Source of the DNA: Priapulus caudatus
Taxonomy: Eukaryota
Length of the DNA stretch: 64,000 nt
NCBI RefSeq assembly: GCF_000485595.1
Contig: NW_014577067.1
Span: 312,564 to 376,563 of the forward strand
Direction: 5' to 3'
Numbering within the stretch: position 1 is the first letter of the stretch; each line of letters opens with the position of its first letter. The translations under genes and the position numbers were made by a program. Below the pieces are notes generated by a model. It had not been told where the DNA came from. It did not search any database and worked only from the letters and a program-made list of their open reading frames with translations. Positions 53,966-64,000 of the stretch are shown piece by piece.

Positions 53966-54290
53966 ATGGATGGGTGGACGGACGGATGGACGGATGGACG
54001 GACGGACGGACGGATGGACGGATGGACGGACGGATGGATGGATGGATGGATGGATGGATGGATGGATGGATGAGTGGATGATGGATGGATGATGGATGGA
54101 TGGATGGATGGATGGATGGATGGATGGATGGATGGATGGATGGATGGATGGACGGATGGATTGATGGATGGAGGGATGGATGGACAGGCGGATTGATGGC
54201 AGGGTAGATAGCTGGGCTGCCGGACAGACGAACGGACTGGCAGGCGGACGGACGGAGGGGCCGGAGGATGGGTGGATGGATGAATGGATA
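53966..54290. repeat. (GGAT/GGAC)n microsatellite
   Basis: Direct reading. Confidence 0.92.
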
Positions 54291-54374
54291 AACAGATTTA
54301 CGTATTGATTTATACATACACAGCAATATACTTTGACAGCGAGACAGCGAGCTAGCTACACAGCTATAGAATAT

Positions 54375-54755
54375 CGGTCAATATCGGTCAGTCGACTGAG
54401 TAGTTGGGGCGATCAGTCGGCCGGTTGGACGGTCGTCGGTTGGTTCGGCTGTCGGTCGGCCCGTCGGTCGGTCCGTCGGTCGGTCGGTCCGTCGGTCAGT
54501 CGGTCGGTCGGTTCGTCGATTCGTTGGTCCGTCGGTCCGTCGTCCGTCGGTCAGTCGGTCAGTCTGGTCCGGTCTCGGTCGATCGGCCGTCGGTCGTGTC
54601 GTCGTCGGTCGGTCGCGTCGGTCGGTCGGGTCGGCTCGCGGTCGGTGCGTCGTGTCGGTCGTCGCGTCGGTCGGTCGTCGCGTCGGTCGCTCGGTCGGTC
54701 GGTCGGCCGGCCGGTCGGTCGGTCGGTCGGTCAATCGGTCGGTCGGTTGGTCGAC
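54375..54755. repeat. Degenerate (GGTC)n microsatellite
   Basis: Direct reading. Confidence 0.9.
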
Positions 54756-54842
54756 TGGAAGACAGCATTAACACGTTAGTGCATACATTTGTGTACCTAT
54801 GGTTTGCGCGCGCTTACGCGATATAACTTTTTTCAACTTCAG

Positions 54843-55124
54843 CAACCTTTCGAAAATCACTTTTACCAGAGCAAAGACCTTCTGAGCCGGCTTACTCATA
54901 GAACTCTCTACGACACCAACCTTCCCAAGCAGAAAGCGAAATCCACGGCGGTTACTCCAAATGCCAACAACGTCTCACAAAATGTCGACAAAAGCAATCC
55001 CTCTTCGACCGAGCTGAAGTTCGACGCGACAGGAAAGGGAGAGGAAACTGCTGACGGAGAGAACGTCGCGTCAACGTCAAGTCAGCGGTTACCAGCAGAG
55101 AAACAGTTCACAATCGAGAAGTGA
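54843..55124 (+). CDS. Coding exon 3, probably terminal, of the secreted protein
   Basis: Acceptor TTTTTTCAACTTCAG|CAA in phase 0 matches exon 2; open 93 codons QPFENHFY...KQFTIEK*; a possible donor AA|GTGAGA overlaps the stop. Confidence 0.65.
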   Translation, partial: QPFENHFYQSKDLLSRLTHRTLYDTNLPKQKAKSTAVTPNANNVSQNVDKSNPSSTELKFDATGKGEETADGENVASTSSQRLPAEKQFTIEK

Positions 55125-57924
55125 GACCTAACAACCATTTTGGCCTTTAATAGCCATTTTAATAATGACTACTTTCTTTATTTTTTAAAGTTAAGTTTAG
55201 TTTCAATCTCGACAACCGTTCCCGTGATTTACCACTTGTAACATTTCTCGTTGGCGACGGTTTGTGGATTTGCTACATTCGTTCATAATAGAGCTTGAAT
55301 GAGATTTTGATATGAAGCTTATGACTTATTACTGCAAGCATCTTGCGATTTGAAGTTTTAATTAATTAATTAAATTTAATGTTGGGCGTAAATAATTGCA
55401 TGTGTTAAACCTAGATGATTTGATCTCATTACTGTGTGCAGTGTGACAACGACAATTATATCTTTAAAAAATGGCGTGTAAGAATGAATGATATTCAGAG
55501 TTTGACGCATAAGCATGAAAAAACACGCTCATTAGTTGCCATGGAAAGCAATTATGGCAGATACTCCGGCGCGCACTTCGCATTTGGGCAAACCAAATCA
55601 CGTCGTTAATGAATACGTTTGTAATCGCGTACGCTCTCGCAATACAATTGCTAGTGGGAATTCCGCCTTCACCTTGTTCGTAAAAGAATACACGATATTT
55701 GCTGCTGGACCTCTAGTTGCCCTTTCGTACTCAATCTCCATCTGAAGTCAATGGCAAATAGGACAGCCCATATCAATTACTTTAAGTGACTTTTTTGACG
55801 TCAAAAGGGTTGTAAAAATATCCTCGGATTGTTGCGATGCAAGGAAGGCCGTTGGAAGGGACGCCACCTATTAATTTTCTGGAGAGCTGTCCCTCCTTTA
55901 TCGATAGAAAAATTGCTTTCTCTAGTTTTTATGCTAACCGGATTTAAATGGAAAAAAGCATCGATGTCTGACTTCCGACAACGTTTTAACAAACCGCTCA
56001 ATTTTATGCACGATGGGCATCGATGATTTACAAACGCTAACTTGACTTGAGAATTTTAATCTAGCATTAGAATTAGCTAATCCCAAAAGTCGCAGAGCGA
56101 AGAGTTTGTCGAAATTTCCTAGAAAAACTGTATAAGAGGCGAATGAACATTAAACATATTAAACGAAACGGACGTAATATTTCATGTGTGCTGGCGATGG
56201 ATCCGTCCCAGACTATGACGCAATGCCGTCGCTCTGGCAACTATGAACACAAACAGCTCTGAGGCATTATCCCCATTACTACAGATGTTAAGCGATTGCG
56301 ATGTGAAATTAATGTCCATATATTAGATTCTGAATCAGGCGGCTAATTAAATTCCGAAGAATTTTGATGGCGCAGTTAGATGCACTTTGTTGAAATTAAA
56401 TTACTTAAGGGCTTTAATGCGTCTGCATGTTTTGCATACGAATATTTCGCCGCGGGTATGTCGTTTTAGTTGTTTCTGTGAGGCGACTAGCTTTTGCGCT
56501 CTAATCCCGCAGGGGAAATTATGCGTTTAGTTTGGGTGGGCCCCTAAAGGCCGTGCTTACAATGTAATTTCATTGCAAAGCGAAGCACTTTAGAAGTCGC
56601 TCGCCTTTCTCTGTCCGGCCACTAGTTGGTATATGTATAGCCTACTTGTTATAGCACGCACATCCTTCACAGGATCACAGGATTAATTGCCGTTTATACA
56701 ATGAAACAAATTATTTCTTTTAAACCTTCATATATAATTCATTATTGCGTGAGTGATATTTTCATTGGTGGTTGCGATCTCATATATTTTGCGTATGTAT
56801 GATAATTATAATAAGTGTAGAAATTATGCCGTACTGTGTGATTAGTACATATTTAGGGTATAGCAAATTGTTGCAAACTTTTTACATGCTGAGCTTTCCT
56901 ATATTCAATTTGTAACTTACTGTATCACGATGGGTTACTAAATGTTTGCGTGCGAACCAGCAAAATAGCAATACACAGAATGCAATAACTGTAGGTATTA
57001 ATGCCAAAGTAACAAAAACCGCATTTAAAATTTTAAAAATCGTAGATAGTAGCAGAGTATATACAAACATACACACGCGCGCGCGCCGCGCACGCACGCA
57101 CACACGCACACACACACACACGCGCGCGCACACACAGATAGGATATATATATATATATATATAATACCATCATTTATCTCTTTAGTTTCTTCAACCATCC
57201 ATGGATTGCGCGCAACAAGTGTAAATAGCTATATTACGTTAACTTTATAATATCACTAAATTCGTAATATATGCGCCACTGCATAGACAGTATTCTTATC
57301 TATTCGATTTCAAACTGTTATCGATAGCGTTATAACTGTATCGCATTGCATTATGCATCGTAAGGCGGGGGCGACAAAATATAGACTAGACAGTCTATAG
57401 CGCGAGCTTTATTGAATTTACAGTCTGCACGTGCAAGTATGTGCCTATTTAATCGTCCTGTTTTTGGCTTCTTAAGAAGGGTGCCATGTTCTTTACAAAT
57501 ATTTAAATTGTATTCCTAGTGTGCCACGCAGCTGCAATAACACACGTCACTAATTGCACGTAAGCGGTGGAGGGGGTGGAGGGCTTGACGACGACGATCA
57601 TTCACCTGTCTGCATTGACGACGACGATTCGCCCCCGTCATCTATTCAGCTTTTCACGAGATTAATCGTTTTATAGCTGCTGTTTGTTAGTGTATCGTTC
57701 TAATCGCATTTTTTACGTTCTCTCTATAGGAGTGATAATCGCAATTTAACCTTTATGTAAGCGGTAAGGCGGTCTTCACATAGTATAGCGCCCGCGAAAC
57801 TAACATTTCTGTGAAACCGTTCTTCCCTCGGGGAAAGGGTTTCCTTTAATGGCCGCTGCATGGCGGATGACGATAAATCGCCAAAGAAAGCTCGCCCTTC
57901 GGTTATTACGTCGGGGCGCGATAT

Positions 57925-58117
57925 TAGTTAATCCCCCCTCCCTAACGCTAGTTAATCCCCCCTTCCTAACGCTAGTTAATCCCTTCCCTAACGCTAGTTA
58001 ATCCCTTCCCTAACGCTAGTTAATCCCTCTTCCCTAACGCTAGTTAATCCCCCCTCCCTAACGCTAGTTAATCCCCCCTCCCTAACGCTAGTTAATTCCC
58101 CCTCCCTAACGCTAGTT
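57925..58117. repeat. ~22-24-bp minisatellite TAGTTAATCCCCCCTCCCTAACGC, about 8 copies
   Basis: Direct reading. Confidence 0.92.
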
Positions 58118-58427
58118 GACACGCGCTAGGATGCGTTGGGCGGAGAGCAATGTTCGGCGGCAAGCATTCAACATCACGATTTACATATGCATCGCTTCAT
58201 GGGTGTGACGTTGTTGCGTAATGTTCGCGTGGCCACCAACGCTGCTTACAGCGACTCCTTGGTATGCTTATCTATGGGTAGAAATGCGCTGCTGTAACAA
58301 ACTGTGAGCGCAACTAATCCCTGTCGCACACTGTCGACCTATACTGACCCAGAACTGAACTCTCAGAAATGACAATTCTGGCCAGTCAGTTGGAACACGT
58401 AAGTCACCTCAATTTACACACAATCAG

Positions 58428-58630
58428 GGGCCCGTTGTCAGAAACAAAATTAGTCTTAACATTAACATTTTGTCTTAGACCGTCGACAGAAACGCTGCGA
58501 AGTTACCTCAATGAAAAATCGTAGCAGATTTCCTCATAGCAATACCAAACAAAGTGGTGTCGACGGTCTACGAGAAGATGTTAGTGTTAAGACTAATGTT
58601 AAGACTGATTTTGTTTCTGACAACGAGCTC
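58428..58630. mobile_element. PIF/Harbinger-like MITE
   Basis: GGGCCCGTTGTCAGAAACAAAAT / ATTTTGTTTCTGACAACGAGCTC termini; 3-bp TSD CAG on both sides. Confidence 0.8.
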
Positions 58631-61600
58631 CAGGTTCGGCTTTGGAGTGAATTAACAGAACTATAATGACTATAGTTGCCCATCTTTTTTCGCGCAATAG
58701 TTGTCTATACATACTAGCTTCTTGTACGTGTAGCGGTCGTGTGCACGCGTTGACATGTTGCAGGTCTGTATTTATGTGCAATTTTGACATATTTAGTGAT
58801 TTTTGAATTTCATTGTTCTTAATTGGTTATGGTGGATTTCAGGCGTACTTCGTATTGCGGGGAGTATTTCGTAGAACGGAAAGTTAGCTTTAAGTCACAT
58901 TGCAAGGAGAATGCGCAGACAGGATAAAACGCAATGCAATAGGCAGAATATTTTGGAAATTAAGGAATATACAGTTTGTGAGCGTTCAGCGGATTGAAAT
59001 GACGATTTTTAGACGGGAGCAACAAAATTATTTGTTCCCACATATTATCCTAATAAAGGTCAAACAAAAAGTGCTAAATTCGCCAACAACTGGCATGACT
59101 ACAAGTCTTTATATAATGGAAATATTGGCAAAATAAACGAACTTGGCTTCATTTAACGTGTTTTTCATTTGTTTCTATTGTAATATCAACTCATTTGCGT
59201 AAGAATCATATGTAAATCGCTAAATGAAATGGACCCCCATTACGTATAAGTATCGAACGAAAAATACATTTATAAAGTGTTGATATTCGATTTGAACAGT
59301 ACTCGTATAGCATATATCTCTGGTTACTCTCTACACTAAATATTGATTTCCATCTTGTCAAAAAAGAATTTATTATTGATAATGGACTATAAATTCATGA
59401 TTCAGCGTCTCTTGGTGACTTCACCACTAAACCGATGGACATGGCAGCCTCGCGTCTACAAGCCTATATTGCTTTTCAAGTCTATATTTACTCTGTAATG
59501 CATTTGCACGTAGTTGTTTGCGAGGACTCGCGCAATTTTGCCGCCACAATTCCAAAAGCTTTGCATTATAACTCCTTGAGCCAGCAAGTGAAGACACAAA
59601 CACAATACGGAATTCAATAATGCAGAACATAACGCGTTCGCTGTATTGGTAAAAGTGAAATTAAAACAGTGCGGCTGCGATATTTACATAAAATATCTTC
59701 ACATAAAAGTTCAGGCGTTGGAATGTAAAACATATATTCCAGGCGCAGCGCATGTACATGTCTTCTCGTTTCGCTGTACGGCTTCCTAGATATGAAACGG
59801 GGGAAAATGCCATTCGAAATGATTCTGAACCTCGAGTTTAAAAAAAGTTAAAATCATACAACATAATATTTAACTAAACTATACAATTGAAAACGACATT
59901 CGTTTGAAAATTCGATTGTAAATGAATGATTAACACGGTTATCAAAGATATACGTGCAGCTGCCTATACGCAACACACATTTGGTTCAATTCGATGCCAT
60001 TTGAATGCACGACATGGAAACTCGAATATAATCAATACAGAAACAATATCGTCATGAGCTTCACACTATAGCACTGGCTTACTTGTAACTCGCTTGGAAA
60101 TATCTATCTAACCGTGCACGCATGCATGCACACACAAGTACGTCCTATAGGGTAGCCGGGCCTGCACTGGTAGACTGTAGTCGATAATATTGATTGACCC
60201 CCCGTGAGACCTTTGTTTACAGTGGAATATTCCGTAGCTGTGTCAAGAAGGGCCAATCCCTCATCAGTGCCATTCAGTTAATAAGCTGTGAGTGTCCTCA
60301 CTCGCAGCATGCAGGAGTACTCGTGGAGGTGTGCACACACTGCCGCACAACTTTCTTTGTAACATCGTTAGGAAGCAACCCATGCCGTGATAAAGGATCG
60401 AGAACAGTGGCAAGAATCATGTTTCATCACTTTCAGAGTTGTTCTATATAACTGCGTTCGGATTTTACAATTCCTCATCGACAACTTTCTATATTTCACC
60501 TTGTCTCCTCTCTCATACACACACACACGCGCGCGCACGCACGCACACTCACGCGTTCACCCGTTCCGCTTGTGCCACACCTCCCCCCTCGAACGAACCC
60601 CCTGTCAAATTGGTCAACAGTGTATTAGGGGGGCCTACGTGCGTGTATATAGCGCAATTAGAAGCCGTTTCAGTGCAGCAAAACACGGCATCTTACAATC
60701 ATCTACGATGCGTGCATGCTTTACCGGGAGTGGGGGTGGGGCTTGCTAGACAGGAGGCTGAGTGAACCTGCTACCATAAGCCTAAAGAGGTGAGAATACC
60801 CTGCTACATTAGGGGCTTGATAATGATATTTTCCTAATGGCACATACGGCAGAATGGCAATAAACTAGGCGAACATTACGCTACACCGCCACACTGCATC
60901 ATCAAAACGCTAGAACTTAGCTCGCCGTGTATCTAGTGAGTTACATATCCTACCAGGCGACAACATAAAAGCGTGGCGGTCATCGCTGACAAAATCTTAA
61001 TTCACTGTGTGGGGGGGGGGGAGTGGAGCAGTGCAGAAATCATACAAAAGTACAGAATAGGTATATTACCGTAAACACATACATATATACAATGTACATA
61101 AAACGAGATCCGATATGCTCATGATATTAACATTACGCATATGCATACATGTGCAGGTTACGTACGTACATGCAAGCATGCCTGCATCACTGAAAACAAC
61201 CTGTGAGCAAATAATAGATACGAAAACAGTAATTATCGCACGGGGCATCACGCTAGATAAAGTTGTTACTTTCAAATAAAAATAAATAATTTAACATAAT
61301 ACATAACTATAAAACGTTATAATCCTATGAACAATACCTTGCCGTGCCCTTCGTGGATATTAAGCTCTTTCTAAATGTCAGTTATGCTTGTTACTGTTCG
61401 AGGTCAAATTTTATACGTCTAAACCGCATTCATTCAATTGTGTATGAACACCCCTCTAGTCCAAACGGGTAACTACATCACGTATGAACACCTTAGAAAA
61501 ACGCTGTACTACATATAAGTGACAAGTCAGTTTCAGGGTGAATATAATTAATTACATTTGTAGCAACGCAGTGCTGTGACAGCTATTGGGCACAGTATAT

Positions 61601-63033
61601 GCATTAGTGAAGTACATTGCGACAATTTCATTTAATATTACGCACATTTTAATCCGAGATGTGTTTGAATATTTACAGTGAAGATAATACACAGCATCAA
61701 ATACAGGTTTGACAGTTTGCACAATTAAATAACAATCACGTGGTTTAAAATCCACTATTTGTGATTTACATACACAGACCGTGTGCAATATCATACTTGC
61801 AAATGCAATTATACTTTAACAAAATAAAAATATTAACATTTGTTTTCATTACATGAATTGTAAATACTTACTCTTAGTTTCACATTCTGTAAGATTTGTA
61901 GATTGCACTATTACATCAAAATTACCAAATTAATGTTTAGACAATGAGATTAATATGAAATTATCCAGAAAGCCAAAAGATGGCACTTACAGCTGAATTG
62001 ATGAGAACTTCATAACACAACTAATATTTTTTATGAGAATCTTAGAAATGATTTTTGATTTTTCCATTAGGGTTTTGTGCAAAAACGGTAAAAATGTTAC
62101 AATTGGTCTCTGGTTACTTGATAACGTTAACCAGGCTAAGTAGCACCAGAATGTGACATACCTATGGGAAAAGGGAATGATCAGTTTACCATGGTTATTA
62201 CACCCACTTACACCAACGTATCACATGACTTACTGCAAAATACGCAAGCTCATGTCATTATTCCACACATGCATTATTACCAGACGTACACCCAATATTG
62301 TGCGTACCTAGTGAATATGGGGCTCTAGCTTGAATGGCAATAAAATAAATGACCCAAGATATTCTCAAGTCTTAAGATTGGTTTAAGCTGTTGCTATAGC
62401 CACAGACATATTTACAACAATGGTATAAATAAATTAATACGCATTAACAATCAATAATGATCTATGTACGACAAAAGACCAACAGCACTGACCACTAAAT
62501 AAGACCAACAGCACTGACCACTAAATAATTTTGTGTCCACCACAACCATTGATCTCTCAACCCAGCCATTGGTCTCTCAAACCACTCATCACAATTCACA
62601 GCTTTTTTTAGAGGAAGATATGTAATATAAGTGGATAGTTGAGATTGATATATTAAAATCACACACGTGGCAAGTGATCCACCTTGTCAAGTTCATTGAT
62701 GCCTCTTTCTACGATCACTGAATCATACAGCAGTTTGATAAGGAATCTCGGAACCTAACATTTCAGCCCCGACAACTCAATCTGCTGTCATTCTGCGCTC
62801 ACAAAAGTCCAGCAGACAAACCACCTTTCCAGAAAAGCGTTAGTCTGAAGACGATATTGAGGGAAATCACATATTATTCTATCACACAGAGGATAATCGC
62901 TGAAAATTGCAAAATGAAACTGCACTGCCATCTGCTGGTAGAAAATAGTTCTAAAGGTTGGAGTGTTGCTTCCAGGAGGCCATTACGTGGGGGTGACGTT
63001 TGGTCCGTAAGAATTACAGGTCAATACGAGACA

Positions 63034-63110
63034 TTACACTGTATAGTCGTCATGCGGTTCAATCTCTTTAGGTGGACTGTGGCAAGGTAGCAGCCAAAAA
63101 GCCAAAGAAC
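63034..63110 (-). CDS. Last coding exon of the ZDHHC3/7-like gene
   Basis: TTTTTGCTCTGCTTTTCAG|GT acceptor, phase 1; GSLAFWLLPCHSPPKEIEPHDDYTV*; WLLP completes the PaCCT motif. Confidence 0.85.
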
Positions 63111-63601
63111 CTGAAAAGCAGAGCAAAAATTAATGAAGTGTAATAATTCTTTTTCAGAAAAATACAAAAATAACATTAAATATAATATAAAATACATACC
63201 GGTAATCATACTTCTTTTAAATTGTTATGTGAAAAACGATTGTATTGTTGAAATAGCAAAAAACAGGGAAATGAATGTGCAAGAAATTCTTTACGTTTTA
63301 CTAGTTCCATATACGTTTGCCACTACCTTGTCAAATTGTTCAGTTAAAAGATAACCATCACTTGAACAATCCTTCGAGTGCTTGAGATATTTTTAACAAA
63401 TAATCAAAATCTTCTGTATGTGTACCTTGCCTCGAAAAACTTACATTTGATATCGGGAACTACCCAAGATTTCTTTACACATTGATAATGCACAACAAGC
63501 TACGGAATCACTGTACATCTCTCATATTGATCTACGCGGATGCAGTATAGTCTGCCACCACGCGGCTAGCATGGCACGCACACCTGAGCAGCCAAACTCA
63601 C

Positions 63602-63710
63602 CTCGCCCGAACACTTCCTGCAGTAGCGCCATCTTGGATTTAAGCGGTCGATGAGGACCTCTCCTCTGCACCTGCTCTACTGCTGTCTCGTCTGTCCAGA
63701 TCGCTGTCAA
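63602..63710 (-). CDS. Penultimate coding exon of a ZDHHC3/7-like palmitoyltransferase
   Basis: CTGCAG|TTG acceptor; LTAIWTDETAVEQVQRRGPHRPLKSKMALLQEVFGR (TTxE-equivalent ETAVE and start of the PaCCT motif, EVFG); donor G|GTGAGT, phase 1. Confidence 0.85.
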
Positions 63711-64000
63711 CTGCAGCACCAGAGACGCGCGATTCAACCACACGTGCAAAATAAACTCGCTCGGGCGCAAAGCACGCCCCTTGGCTTCTCGTAACGGGAA
63801 TGCCGACCCAATTTACTTGGCAAACATAAATGGTTACAAAATGGTAAAGCTTCATACTGTGTATAGCGTGAATTTGTATTATTTTGGCAATTTATATCTT
63901 CATACTATGAAAAGGATGTGGATGTGTATGTGTATGTGGGCAACTTGCCACTAGTATTTGCAATTCAAAAATGGTTAATATCAACAATTAATTACAGGTT

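Noticed and set aside
53964..54826. Pro/His- and Arg/Ser-rich ORFs
   Set aside because: Tetranucleotide microsatellites within intron 2
57925..58117. CRISPR-like or telomeric array
   Set aside because: Head-to-tail units without unique spacers, eukaryotic context, and not pure TTAGGG
63602..63632. AAGATGGCG as the start codon of a new gene (MALLQEVFGR)
   Set aside because: The frame is open upstream to a splice acceptor and carries DHHC-family C-terminal motifs, so the Met is internal

Overview
Repeat-rich eukaryotic DNA, most consistent with a marine invertebrate genome; the species cannot be determined from this window. Host genes: (1) the 3' part of a replication-dependent histone H2A with its stem-loop; (2) a three-exon + strand gene (8534-55124, 40.8-kb first intron) for a ~257-aa secreted protein whose mature part has no cysteines and whose core resembles the Dkk3/Soggy N-terminal domain, with an architecture also recalling icarapin; (3) the last two coding exons of a ZDHHC3/7-like palmitoyltransferase on the - strand. 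The long intron is filled with transposons: a near full-length degenerate Academ element (transposase, XPG-like nuclease, Cys-rich finger; ~400-bp TIRs; AGA TSD), two copies of a second truncated Academ carrying a CR1/L2-group LINE with a 2A-like motif, several MITEs and a SINE. A ~10-kb block occurs twice. One copy holds a hAT insertion and the other holds what looks like its excision footprint. Noisy microsatellites, dense single-base indels and N gaps indicate partly unpolished assembly. All family assignments are from motif recognition by eye; no searches were run.
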